Source: Octopus sinensis
Taxonomy: Eukaryota
Length of the DNA stretch: 64,000 bases
Assembly (NCBI RefSeq): GCF_006345805.1
Contig: NW_021833436.1
Span: forward strand, 1 to 64,000
Direction of reading: 5' to 3'
In this document: positions 40,791-53,920 of the stretch, in pieces
Layout: every line of letters starts with the position of its first letter
Position numbering within the stretch: the stretch's first letter is position 1
Position numbers and translations under genes: made by a program
The notes under the pieces: generated by a model
The model's database searches: none
Told to the model about the DNA's origin: nothing
Seen by the model: the letters and a program-made list of their open reading frames with translations, nothing else

Positions 40791-42115
40791 CCTGTGGCAT
40801 GACATAGCTGCAAAGACTGTTTATAATGCTACCCACAGGAATGACTGCCCAGACGTATGCATCAAAGTTACGACAGATGTGCCAGAGAAAGCAAAAAAGG
40901 ACAAAGTGGGAAAACCCGAAAAGGAAAATAAGGAAACGACGGAGGTGACCGTGGAAGAAGCTGGAAGGCAGAAGAGCGACAACAAGGAAGGCAGCGAGAT
41001 GGAATTCACGCAAGAGACGCACAAGAGGAAGAAGCCCATTTCCATCGACTCCCCTTCCCAAACATAAAAAAAACAACAATGCAAACAGACAACATTAAAA
41101 CAATTCCCCAACTCCACCCCTTTGGCACTGTGTTCGTGGGGACGAAAAATGCCAAACCCCACCCCATAAACCCAGAAAGAAAAATAAAGATAAAGATATT
41201 TCTCTCGACTCGAAAAATGAAAGAATATTTCGTTTCGTAAAGGCGCACCATCAAATAAAACTCTTAAGCAGAACGGCAGACAACCAGTCTGCTGTTTGCT
41301 ACGCAAGGGTGTGCGATGACGGGTGGATGGACAGAATTCTGCAAGAACAGCTGAAAAAAAAAAGGATGTGAATGATATCGCTCAAGAAATAGCGGACGGG
41401 AAAATAACAATTACCCTGGCAGCCACACCAAGCCAGAGCCCGGTGGCCACACCGGTAAAAATCCCAGCGGTTATGTCTACTAAGGGGAGAGAGGGAGAAG
41501 CAGTCAGACAGAAACTGCCATACGCCCGGTCGCAACCGTAAGTAGAAAATTTAATCTTTCGTTCATCAATGATTAAGTTAGGTTGTATAAATGTGCGTGG
41601 GCTGAGGTCGAAATGGAAACAAGCTTATTTCCTGAACGACCTCAGGATACACAGTATAGATATAGCCGTTGTAACCGTCTATACAAACTGGCAACAGAAT
41701 GGGAGAATTTCCAGTGCTCTAAGCCGGAGAGGGATGACGCTGGTCCAGAAAGATCCGAGCAAGGGGGATAGTATTAGTAACTACCGGTCTATAACTCTAC
41801 CTAACGTAGAGTTAAAGATTTTGGCCAAGGTGCTAGCGAAAAGGTTGATGGATGTCGTGGAGAAACTTGTCGGGAATGCACAGACATATGCAACACCCGG
41901 CAGGTCGATCCAGGACAATCTTCACCTTATCCGCCACACCTTAGACAGGCTGGGTAAATTAGCCGGCAAAGGTGGCGCAATAGTCCATTTAGACCAAAGT
42001 AAAGCATTTGATAGGATCAACCATCAGTACCTGGCGGTGGTCCTCGAAGCGGCTGGGCTGGGCCCAGTCTTCCGCGGATGGATCTCTGCTATGTACAGCA
42101 GCATCGAGTCCACAG
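40790..42115 (+). mobile_element. L1/Tx1-clade LINE: ORF1 remnant plus internally deleted ORF2
   Basis: ORF 41569-42156 starts with APE motif GCINVRGL and is joined to RT motifs ITLPNVELKILAKVLAKRL, PGRSIQDNL, LDQSKAFDRINH. Confidence 0.85.
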
Positions 42116-42531
42116 TCCTGATAATCCGCCCAATGTCATATTTTAATTTAAGGTAAAAAAGGTGGTGTCAAAAAAAACAAAAACCCAGTTAATTGTACAA
42201 TAATGAATGCCATTTGTAAATATATTCATCCGAACTCAGATATCATTTTTGTGTGTTTGTAATGTTCTGTAATGTGCCCCTGTGTTTGATTGTATAGTCA
42301 TAAGAAATATATTCATCATTAGCTCGTGATTAACACACGTTGAGGACGGGAAACCACCCAGAAACTCGAGTACATGTGTATCACGTAAAGCCAGAGAAGA
42401 GCGCGATGACCTCTCCTCGCAAATACTAATCGGACACACAATGTGTGTCGTTAGGCAGCTGGAAGGGATGTCTTCCTGGGGCTATAAACGTCACTAGCAC
42501 TGTCCCGTATAGGACGCCAAGCTTGGTTGGC

Positions 42532-42577
<46 letters not shown>

Positions 42578-42828
42578 GAGTTTGTCTGTGTCTATTTCTT
42601 CCAACTACTGCTTAAAGACTGGTGTTGTTTTTTACGTTCCTGTATCTTAAGAGTTCAGCAAAAAACCCAAATAAAATCGGTACCAGGCTTAAAAATGTAT
42701 ATGACTTGCAGTCGATTCGTTCTACTAAAATTCTACACGGTGATGCCCCAGCATGGCCATAATCTAAATGATTGAAACAACTGGTGTGTGTGTGGGAATA
42801 TATATATATATGTGTGTGTGTGTGCGTA

Positions 42829-42890
<62 letters not shown>

Positions 42891-43268
42891 ATATACTCCC
42901 ACACACACAACACATGTATATTGCATACACATACATACAGTAACTAGAAATCATGTTTTATGTTTTGGTCCTTTAGAAAATATATGGATATGTATGAATA
43001 TGTGTATGTATGTGCATATTCATTTCTACACACACACATATACGTATACACACACATAATCCGTATGTATACACATATAAATATAAATATATATGTGTGT
43101 GTGCGTGTGTGTGAGAGAGAGAGAGTATGAGTATATGCATGAATTTAAAGAACAAATGACAATTCAACTGTTAAAATTATTTCTCTACACTACAGGTATA
43201 AACTTGTTTGTGTATTTATGTTTGTGAGTATACACACACCGACACCCACACAAACACGCAGACACACA

Positions 43269-43303
<35 letters not shown>

Positions 43304-43318
43304 ACACACATACACAAA

Positions 43319-43369
<51 letters not shown>

Positions 43370-43614
43370 TCAATTAGAAAATATTTCACTGCATTGACAG
43401 AGATTCATGGTTAGATGGTCACACGGTTCAGATTGTTTGCACAGACAGTTTCATTTCCTTTTAAATAATAAAAAACAAAAAGAACAAAACCGTAACACAA
43501 CAATTATTCAATACGAAATATATATAAATAAGAGAACTTTTATGTATGAAAAGTGGTAATCATTTTCACTCGTTAACATTTTACGTGTTGTTCATCACAG
43601 AATATTAAAGAAAT

Positions 43615-43969
43615 ATGTATTCCTTCTCAGTCGGGCACGTCATTCGAAAAGCAAATCTTCACGTACTTACTATCCTAGTGCTGTTATTGCAGATGTACTT
43701 GGTGGGTAGCGTGAGTTCCAGAGAATATTATGGGATTCGTATTAATCCTTCTGTAACTGGCATTCCAGAAGAAGACAAATTGAATAAGATGTCAAACATC
43801 CGATCACGTATTGAGTGCTTTTCTTTCTGTATGACAAATTCCAAATGTGGTATGATTATTTACAGCGGTTCCGAGAGAGTATGTATCCTACGTAAAATCA
43901 AGCAACTACCTGGTGCCCCATCATTTATCGACATTCCTCCAAACAGTATTTACACCATGCTTCAAGCCC
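43615..43969 (+). CDS. Lectin copy C coding exon 1: putative signal peptide + PAN/apple-like domain
   Basis: Acceptor CACAG at 43596-43600, ATG at 43615, hydrophobic VLTILVLLLQMYLVG, cysteine pattern ECFSFCMTNSKC..VC, donor GTGAGT at 43970 (phase 1). Confidence 0.85.
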
Positions 43970-45685
43970 GTGAGTAGTTTCCTTTTCTAGTGTATGTGTT
44001 GCGCATATTATTACCTTTTCTTTCACTTATTATTTAAACCCTCTTCTTTTGATATCGAAGACGATATCTGTGGTCTGAGATAAATTTCGACCCTATTTCT
44101 AGGTCATCGGAGACGTAAAGATTCTCTTTTTGGATCATGTTGCAAATGTTGTTCAAAAATAATTATTCTTACTGTCATTTCAGCTTAGTAATGTCGTCTT
44201 AGCATAATCTGCAATGTATTCAGACCTACGTGAAACTCGTTTTTTTTAAAGACAGTTGTATATTTATATGAAGGCGATTTTTTACAACTACATATAGGCC
44301 ATTTTTAGATTCGTATCGCGCTAGTGTGTGTATGCTTGTGTATTGAGAGAGAGCGTGTGTATGCTTGTGTGTTGAGAGAATGTGTATGTGTGTGTGTGCT
44401 TGTGTGTTGAGAGAGAGCGTGCTTGTGCGTTGAAAAAGAGCGTGTGTGTGTTTTTGTGTTATGCGTAGGTATGAGCTTTTTGATTATAAATTTAATACGT
44501 AAAGTATCTTTTGGTAGTATATTTTTAAAAACTCGTGTTTGTTTCTATAGATGAATGCCCAACAAAAAATGGTTTTATTATCATGTAAGGTCACTGGTAT
44601 AGATAGATAAGATCTGGTAATATATATTAATAAGGATCACAAAAGTCATTGGATGCAGAAGGCTTTTCCCTGATCAGTGGATTATATCGGAGACTCTCGA
44701 ATTATGCCCAAAGGAAAAAAATTAGTTTTCAATGAAAAAAGTTGTCCATAAATAAAATTTAATGAAAGTAAAATTTATAAAAAAACGTTATTTATAATTT
44801 TTCAAAAAATCCAGTCATTGCATGCTTTTTGTAAGATCAAGTTTTCTCTAAAATAAGTCTTGCTCCAGATAATGTATTCTTAACAGTAAAGTTGCAAAAT
44901 ATTGTTTGACTCACTTGATGTTTTGGAAATATCGAATAATGTTTCCGCAGTAAATTAAGTTTGAGAACCTCTGAATGAGACATCTTGCTGCTATAATTGC
45001 ACACACAACTACACCTGACATATATATAGAATAGTTTTCTACGCCATTTGGTAATATTTAATTTAATATTGATAGGTTCCATGTAAAACAATGGACGTTA
45101 CCATCAGTGATTGGTGTTGTGAAGGCCTGTGTATAAGTAAGCATTTTATAATTGTTGATTTCAAGAAAGGTTAGTTGAAGCAGCATCAGTAACATTCCTG
45201 ACTGTATTTTTGACATTTTTCGTTGAATATATTTCTTTCAGAAATATTTAAGTTCTTATTCGAGTTATAGATTATTGTTGCTGTTCTTGTAGTTATTAAT
45301 CTTCTTGTCGTTGTTGTTGTTCTATTATCACAATTTGATCGTATTTGGTGCTTTTCGTTACGGTTTACTTCTCCTTCATTGGTATCTAAATGAGTATGTT
45401 TGCTAGACCCAGTAGGTGGCTTATTGAACTGTTATCGCATGTTATCGCTATTGTTTATGCTGTGCATATGCTGCTCCACCTAAATTAGTGAAGTTAGCGT
45501 CAGATACCTTCACGGTGTGACGATTATATATATAGAGAGAGACATACACTCAATCATATATACATAGACACATTTATTTACATACTTATTTATATACATC
45601 AGTGGTCAATGAGGAAAGGAGGCGGAGAGACAGCTACGGGAAGGAAATAGAGATGAGAGAGGGATATTTTGCACTACGTATATCT

Positions 45686-46987
45686 ACGAGGCTGTATCAA
45701 AAAGTTCCCGAAATAGTTCTGTAGCGCGCCAACAGTTGGCAGCACACCGTTGTGCGCGTAGTGAGAGCTGGCAGTGACCATCATGAGGCAATGTGCCTAT
45801 TGACATTGCTGTGTTTACTTCGTAAGTTCGGAAATTTGTATGTTTGTGATCATTTGTATGCTGTAGTCTGCTATTTTGTTATATTGAGGAAGCTGGAACA
45901 AACAGCCAACGTAAAATTTTGTGTTAAACTTGGGACGTCGGCTACAGAAACATTGAGCATGCTTGCCAAGTTTACGGTGACGAGGCAACGGGTCGAACGC
46001 AATGTTTCGAGTGGCACGGCTGCTTCAAAAGCGAGTGAGCGTCCCCGGAAGACAATGAATGATCTGGAAGACCTGCCACGAGAGTCACCTCCGAAAATAT
46101 GGAGTAAATTACTCAGATTGTGCATGACGATCGCTGGAAGACACTCAATGACATTGCTGATGTTGTTGGTCCATCGCATGAGTTCAAGCAGGAAATCCTA
46201 ACATCTGAATTGAACATGCGACGTGTCTCTGCCAGGTTTGTCCCTCACCAGCTGACTACTTAGCAGAAAGAATATTGCATTGAAATCTGTCAAGGTTCTA
46301 CGTCAGCGTGCCACTGATGACCCGTCCTTCATGTCGAGGATCATCACCGTTGATGAGAGTTGGATCTACGGGTAGGAACCTGAGACGGAGCAGCAGTCGT
46401 CACAATGGAAAAGCCCTCCATCTCCACGACCGAAGAAGGCACGACGGAGACGCAACTCAATCAAGAGCATGCTCATTGCTTTTTTTCGACATCTACGATC
46501 TTATGAATCGAGAATTCAACCCTCAGACCGTCAATCGAGAGCTCTACTGCGATGTTTTGAAGCGTCTGGAGGAGGACATTCAGTGAATGCAACTGGATCA
46601 GTAGAGCGTGAAGAATTGTATTCTTAACGACGAGAATGCTCCCTGTCACGGAGTTCTCCTCTCTCCTGAGTTTCTCGCTAAACACAACGTTGTATCGCTT
46701 CCGCATCCACCATATTCACCAGATTTAGCACCTCCGGACTTCTATTTTTCCCCAAGATGAAAACGCTGTTCAAAGGTTGCCGTTTTAACACCATTGACGT
46801 GATCAAGTGCGAATCGCAAATGGTCCTCGACTCGCTTACGGAAAATATTTAGGCCGGATTACAAAAGTAGCAGGACCGGTGTATTGCTGCTCAAGTTGAC
46901 TATTTCGAAGGAGACAATGTTAAAACGTTTTATTACACATAACTTGTCCGTGAACTGTTTGATATCACCTTGTTTGATATCACCTTG
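45686..46987 (+). mobile_element. Full-length degenerate mariner (DD34D) in lectin intron 1
   Basis: TIR TACGAGGCTGTATCAAAAAGTTCCCG with an imperfect inverted copy at the 3' end. Motifs ITVDESWIYG, QWKSPPSPRPKK, ENAP, HPPYSPDLAP. Confidence 0.9.
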
Positions 46988-48870
46988 AGGGTAAATTTGG
47001 GGAAGTGTGTTGCTCAGAGAGGAAGAAAGTCTGAAGTTTGCAGGAAAGTCAGATAAATAGAAATTACTGAGCACATTTGATTAAAGTGGAGTTAGGAGTT
47101 AAAATTGTGCAAATAACATCATTGCAACTAATCGAAAAGTTCGGAAACATTGTGTATACGAGTGGAGGCTGAAATGTTCTTGTCTTTGGGCAAAAGAAAA
47201 TACAGGAGGATCAGTTAATTATGATTTTATTTAACTTTTCCCCTTCTCAGATTCACACACTTATTACATCGGTCCTTCAGTTTCCTTGAGCCATGTAAAA
47301 TGAGCTCAGAATGTTGAGCCTCCAACCAAGCCTCTGTAGCAGTGATCACTTCCGAATAGGAGTGAAATTATCATTAAAAACTACTGTTTGCTAATTTAAT
47401 TAACAGGGTATTTTCCTGCGTTGTGATAATAACACATCTCAAATCTCAAGAATATTTCTTAGAGGTCTTGCATATATTCCTATATCCTTTCAGCTTTTTG
47501 GGGGTGTTGTGTTGAGTGCACCAATTAAAAGAAGATTTTTTTTTTATATGCAATCTAATATCGATAGACTGTGTAGCGATTAGAATGAACTTGAGTTGGA
47601 TTTGAACTCAGTAATTTAAAGCATTAAAAAATTACCACAAGTTAATTTGTCTGATCATTTATCTATTCTCCCGCATCCCAGCCACAAATTAAAATTGAGA
47701 ATAGCTCAAAGATATTAATAGTTCATGATACTAAGCTCCAGTTCACCTCTTATAGAGCGGACCCCTGATCCAAAGCGTTCCAGATATAACCATTCGTTAT
47801 TTTAAAAATGGTACAGTGTATTATCTGTGTTGCTATAACGAACGCATTAAATGATGTTTTAGTGTCTTTGTTGTTGATTCAACTCTTCGTGAGTCGTATT
47901 AATGAATGGCAGAAGGTGTTTTGTTTGCATATTTAAAAGATGAGTGGAATATAAAACAGTTTTATCTGCAGAGGAGTTTTGGGTTCTAAGCGGCTGAGAG
48001 GACATTATTATCAGAGTTAGAAGAGCTTAGAAGAGATTATTTAATTCGCATAAAGTACATTAGTCGACAATCGAAGACCCATTAAAGAACCAGTCGCTTC
48101 ATATGCTGCGACAAAACATCCCGTTAAGAATCTCCCAATCCAGTTTGAAGATGAAGTCGATAAATGAGCATTAGTTTACTGGAAGATTCTCAATCAGCTG
48201 TAGTTTAAAATCATATAAAGGAATCAAATTCACAATATATCTCATATCGAAGTTGCCAAGACATGTAACTATAAATGTGTCGTGTAAAAATATGATAAAA
48301 TGACTATTAGAAATCACTGAGTAACGGAAAAATACACAAGGTGATAAAAAAGGGAACCTTTAATAATAAGTTAGAGATGCTTGAGATAAGAGCAATAATC
48401 GGGATATTCGTAAGTTAGGAAGGTTACTTCTTTACGCTTTAATGATGCAGTAATCAGTTTCTATTCATATTAATTAAGATGTGGGGAGTATCAACATTGG
48501 TGAGTTTAACACCTGAGCATACATTTCTAACTTTAGTGGATGGAATATCGATTGGTCACACTATCTTGATGTATCGTGAGGAATAAAATATTTAATACAT
48601 AATAACTATGAGCATTACGGGATGAGAGAACGTTGTAGAAAAGAAAATTTTAGAAAGAGATTGTGTACGGAAAAACAAAACTGGAAGGTAAATGATTATC
48701 AATTCTGCTTGTCAGTGTACAGTTAGAAATCAGTCTGAATTGGGGTGTACTGAGTGAGAGAAAATAATTCTAAGTCAGTCAGAAGTTAATATTGGCCTGA
48801 AATTAACACAAGTTATTACCTCTCCAAAAGATTTAACGCATGAAACATATTTTTCCTTGTCTTCCTAAAG

Positions 48871-49044
48871 CTGAATGTCCAACGTCAGACAGCTACACTT
48901 ATCAACCAGAATTTAGATTATGTTATCAAATAAATTCAAATAAAATGTCATGGAATAACGCTGCAGACGATTGCAATGAGAAACGAGGACAACTTATTCA
49001 CATTAGAAATTTAGAAGTAATGCTCTATCTACAAGAAAAATTGA
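48871..49044 (+). CDS. Lectin copy C coding exon 2: N-terminal half of the CTLD
   Basis: Polypyrimidine acceptor ..CTTCCTAAAG; ECPT..LCYQI..MSWNNAADDCNEKRGQLIHI; donor GTGAGT at 49045; 174 nt, phase 1-1. Confidence 0.9.
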
Positions 49045-49169
49045 GTGAGTAACAGTTTGTTATTTTATACACACACTCCCGCACACATAACACGCACTCA
49101 CGCGCTTTCTTTCTCTCTTCCTCTCATTAAAAACATACACGCGCACGCGCACGCGTACACACGAGCGCA

Positions 49170-51990
49170 AATGTACTCAAGATATATCAAATTTCATAAA
49201 CTATAACTGTTCAATGAAATTCTTGATTTAAATTTTCTGCTATTTTGCAAATTACATTCCGTTTTTCTTGCAATTATTTTCTTTTATTTGTACTTTCTAC
49301 TCTGATTATTTATTTAGTGACTAGAAAATACACCAACTTTTGATAAAATATCGAATGTAGTCACTAATTTCGTACATATTTTAAAAGAATTATATTATAC
49401 TATCATTTATTCTCAATGCGTTACAAAAAATTTATTTATTTATTTATTTATTTACGCTCGTTCAATGAATTAACTAACTATTATTTAATAATCATAATAA
49501 ATTATTTAATTCATTGGACGGGCGTAAAATTAATTGTAGACACAAAGTACTTTACTTATATAATAAATAAATTTTTAGATAAATAGCGACTAAATTTAAA
49601 CCCTATTTTTGTTTCTAATTTGTAGTTATATTTTGTACTACTATTAATTCTAAAATTTAGCATGTGATCTTATATTGTATATTACATACTTTAATAAGTC
49701 TAATTTGGTATTAATTATTGAATAAATAAATAATTAAATAAATAAATTAATTAATTACTTGTAGTAGTGTTGTGATTGCACTTCTGTAGGTGGTTTGAGT
49801 ATAAGTCAATAAGAGTTAGTAAAGGTTCTCTAAATACTTAGAGTTATATTATATTTAGATGTTTATTTTATTGCTAAATATATAATTTATTTAGTGCATA
49901 TAAATTAAAAGATAGTTATTTCATTTTTGTGGTTGATATTGTTATTATTATTATTATGATTATTATATATCTACTAAAATTAATAGTATTAAGTATATAT
50001 ATCTTTTTGGTAATAGTTTTAGTAACGTTAAATAAATAATTTTGAATGTGTAGTAAAATAATTTTTTCTTTATGTACTCTTTATTTATAATGATAATATA
50101 TGCTTTATTTATTCAATTAATTAGCGAAGTCTTTGATCTAAATATAAATTACTTTACCTATATAATAAGTTTAATCTATTATTATTTTAGCATTTGTTTT
50201 GAGTATTAATATGATATATATTTGTTATAAACGACAGTTAAGTTTATAGTTTGTAATAATTTTTTTTTATATCAAAATGTATTTATATCGTATATTTCGA
50301 AGTAAATTTATTTAGATGTTTATTTAATTAATTATTATTAATAAATTTTAATTACATCATAGTTTTAAAATTAATTTAAGCTTATTAATTAGTGGTTATA
50401 ATATAGATACTGAATGAATTACTACTGAGTTAATATTGAATGTTTTAAATAAAGATTTGACTCCAACGTAACCATATTTTTTATATATATGAAATAAATT
50501 AATTTGTATAAGATTATTGGAGAATATACAGTAAATAGTAGTTATATAAATTATTTTAATTTATAGAGTTTTGAGTATAATTTATTGTAGTTAATTATAA
50601 ATTTTAGTTTTATTGTGAAAGATATGATAGTGTATAGTGATTCTATTCTCTATTAATGAATTTGTTCTCTTTATCTATTAAATCTAAAATATATTCGTAG
50701 TTTTCATTGATGAAATATATTCGTAGTTTTCATTGATAAATGAATATTTCCATCTCTTTGTTCTATTTCTGTTAATAACGTAATTCCACAAGTTTTATTA
50801 TAAACGCTTAAAAAGTTGTTTTCCGTTTCGAAATTTTAGTTAATGACTCGCTTTTCGAAAGTTAAGTAAACTTTTTTATTCAATAAATTTTATTGTATTC
50901 TATATAACTATTGATTGTTAAATTTGAATTTATAATTATTTTAGTTGTTTATGATAATTTAGATATGTACATTTATTTAATTATTATTAATATATAATTA
51001 TTATAACTGAACGTAAATTTTAAGATATTAGTTAGTCACTGTGGTATATAGATCGTAAAAATTCTTTTGATAAGGATGATAATAGTGATGATAATAGTAG
51101 TAATAAGATTGTTTAAAGATAGGTTATACATTTTTAATTTGATTTTTTAATTTTTAAATTGTATTTCATAAATATATTATATAGATATTTATAATATTTA
51201 TGCAACTAATAATGGACTAATTAAATTTTGGTTTTATGTTTATATATTTATTGATAGAGAAAATTTTAGATTTTTAATTACTAAATTTGTTGATTATGAT
51301 TTAGATACTTATTTTCATGTATTTATTATTTTATAATTATTAGATGTGAACTTTAATCTAAAAATATTAAGAGTGATTATTTTGCTAAATAAATTGGTAA
51401 TTAAATATTGGAGTATAACTGAGTTCGATAGTTTATTGTTTTTTAAGCCAAATTATATCTTCAAAGATAAATACATATTTCTATCTATTTTTTCACCTTA
51501 AAAATTAAATATTTAACATAATAAATGTGTTGTAGGAAATAATCTTAATGTTTTAAGTTTCAAATTTAGTTAATGGAGTTTCTTTCTATAAGAAAAATTA
51601 TTATTTTATTTATTTTTTTAAATAAATATTGTTTAACTCTATTTGCATATTTGTTTAACTGTTATCATTAACCTGAAGATTGACTATAATTTTAAATCGA
51701 ATTTAATTCAATTGAATTTAAACTTAACTGTAATTCGAATTTAATTGTAGCCATGAAACGTACGCAGTTTTTTTACTTATTATATATTGATCATTCATTT
51801 TTATACTTTTTGAGATCTAGTTATATGATTTATAAAAATATATATTATTTGCTTTTTACGTTTTGGCTTATGTCTATCACAGTTTGAGTAGCATAATAGT
51901 GGTTTTATCTCTAATTTATATTTTATATATTTATATTGTGTAATTCATTTTAATACTAAACTGAATTTTCCCCAGTAAGTTTGGAGTTAT
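49170..51990. other. Extremely AT-rich, C-depleted island of unknown origin
   Basis: Hand counts: 50041-50640 has 69 G and 31 C in 600 nt; 51001-51420 has 54 G and 18 C in 420 nt. It is not a simple repeat. Confidence 0.7.
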
Positions 51991-51996
51991 ACTCCG

Positions 51997-52059
<63 letters not shown>

Positions 52060-52150
52060 ATTTATGTATGTATATATTAATAATAATAGTATGACAACAA
52101 AAGAATGAATGAGACCTCGATATTATGTAAATAGAGGAATTTATCTATAA

Positions 52151-53053
52151 TATAATATGTGACAATTAGTTGGTTGCCATAATAAAACACAGACTTTCGG
52201 TTGTCGGGGCGGAATACAAAAATGCTATGAAAATGACCATTAAATAAAGGGAAATTACTATGAAGATGACCGTTATTTAGAAAAACAAGAGAGCTATGAT
52301 AATGACCGTTAAATAAAGGGAAATTACCCGAATAGGAAGAAAGTAAAAATACTCGAAGGTAAACACACGCTCATAGAATCCGCGTATGCGTGCATGTTCA
52401 TACATGCACATGCGGACACGCACACCCACGTGCATGTGCATATATGCCTATGCTCGCTCAACCTCGCGTGAAATACATACATGCACACACACACACACCT
52501 ATATGTATACATATGTATGCATCCATACACATGTACACATATACATACTCGCACACACGTACACATACACGTATATCTATCCATACGCGCAAAATTATGC
52601 TCATATACACGTCTCTATATGCACTTGCACAAATATGAATGGTCTGTACATTACCTTTCACTCTGCATATTTGTGCATGTACGTATAGAAACGTGTATAT
52701 GAAAATAATTGTGCGCGTAAGGGTAAAAATACGTGTGTATGGGTATGTATATGTGTACATATGTATGGATACATAAGGTGTATGTGTGTGTGTGCATGTA
52801 TGTGTTTCACTTGAGTGTGAGTGAGCATATGCATATATGCACATGGGCGTGCGTGCGCGCATGTGCATGTATGGAGAGTGGGTTTACCTTCGAGTATTTT
52901 TACTTTCTCCCTATTCAGGGAATTTCGCTTTGTGTAACGGTCATTTTCATAGCATTTTTGTCTTAATAACTGACGAGATGCCGGAGCAGAATTCTGCCCC
53001 GACATCCGAAACTCGAGTTTTATTATGGCAACAGACTAATTGCCACATATTAT
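52151..53053. repeat. Long imperfect inverted repeat (PLE pseudo-LTR-like) with a hammerhead motif at 52964-53026
   Basis: Arms ~52151-52560 and ~52735-53053. Right arm reads TAATAA-CTGACGA-GATG..GCAGAATTCTGC..CATC-C-GAAA-CTCGAG-TT..TTATTA. Confidence 0.75.
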
Positions 53054-53559
53054 ATCCTCTTTTCTCTCTTTCTCTGTCTCTCTCTCCTTACATACCCACC
53101 TTCCCCTTCATCCTTCGTCAACGCTCCCCCATAAGCTCACCTCACCCCTACACATTCCTACTCCACCTTCCCTATCCTTCCCATCCACCCATCCTATCCC
53201 CTTCACCCTCTCCCACATACTCCATCTCTACCCCACCCTCTGCCCACCCACATACCACAACAGTACCCCAACCCTCAGCCGAACCCACACCCCACCCGTG
53301 CTTTCCCCACTCTCGCCTCCCCACCTCCCAACAACATCACACACACCAAACTACATCATACAACGTTACTCATTATATCACAATACATCACCCACACACC
53401 AGCACTGACCAATTCCCATCCACACATTTTCACAGCTACACATACATATATGCACACGTCAAGACCACCAGCCCTCTTTCACACGCACATACGTACTCAT
53501 TTATACACACACGCACCTTCGTGTTTGGGGTCATCTTTATTTTGTTATCTCCCCTACTT

Positions 53560-53790
53560 CTTCGCTCTCCTGTGTGACCCTTCTGTCCGGAGTCGCCATG
53601 ATAGATCGGTAGTCACTACACATGTTTTCTCTCCTTGTTTCTCTCCTTGTTTTTTTCTGTGTCTTTTTCTGTAGAAGAGCATAGGCTCGAAACGTAAAAG
53701 ACTTTTTCAATTTCTGAGCGTTATACTAATACATCTGTTTGTTTTGTACACCACCTGTCTTGGTCTTTTGTTTTTTCGTGAACTCTCTCC
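53560..53790 (+). repeat. Dispersed repeat (second copy at 60730-60945, - strand) with a hammerhead-like motif
   Basis: CTGT(A/G)GAA-GAGC-(A/G)TAG-GCTC-GAAA-CG-TA-AAA in both copies. Confidence 0.7.
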
Positions 53791-53825
53791 TATATATATA
53801 TATATATACTCATACATACATATAT

Positions 53826-53920
<95 letters not shown>

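Noticed and set aside
49170-51990. Nuclear mitochondrial insertion (NUMT)
   Set aside because: The G/T skew resembles mtDNA, but I could not find diagnostic 12S/16S, cytb (PEWYF, HANGAS) or nad5 motifs in correct order. Not called, though not excluded.
52837-53577. 246-aa Pro/His/Thr-rich ORF
   Set aside because: Arises from a stop-poor C-rich repeat tract inside an intron, with no domain motifs.
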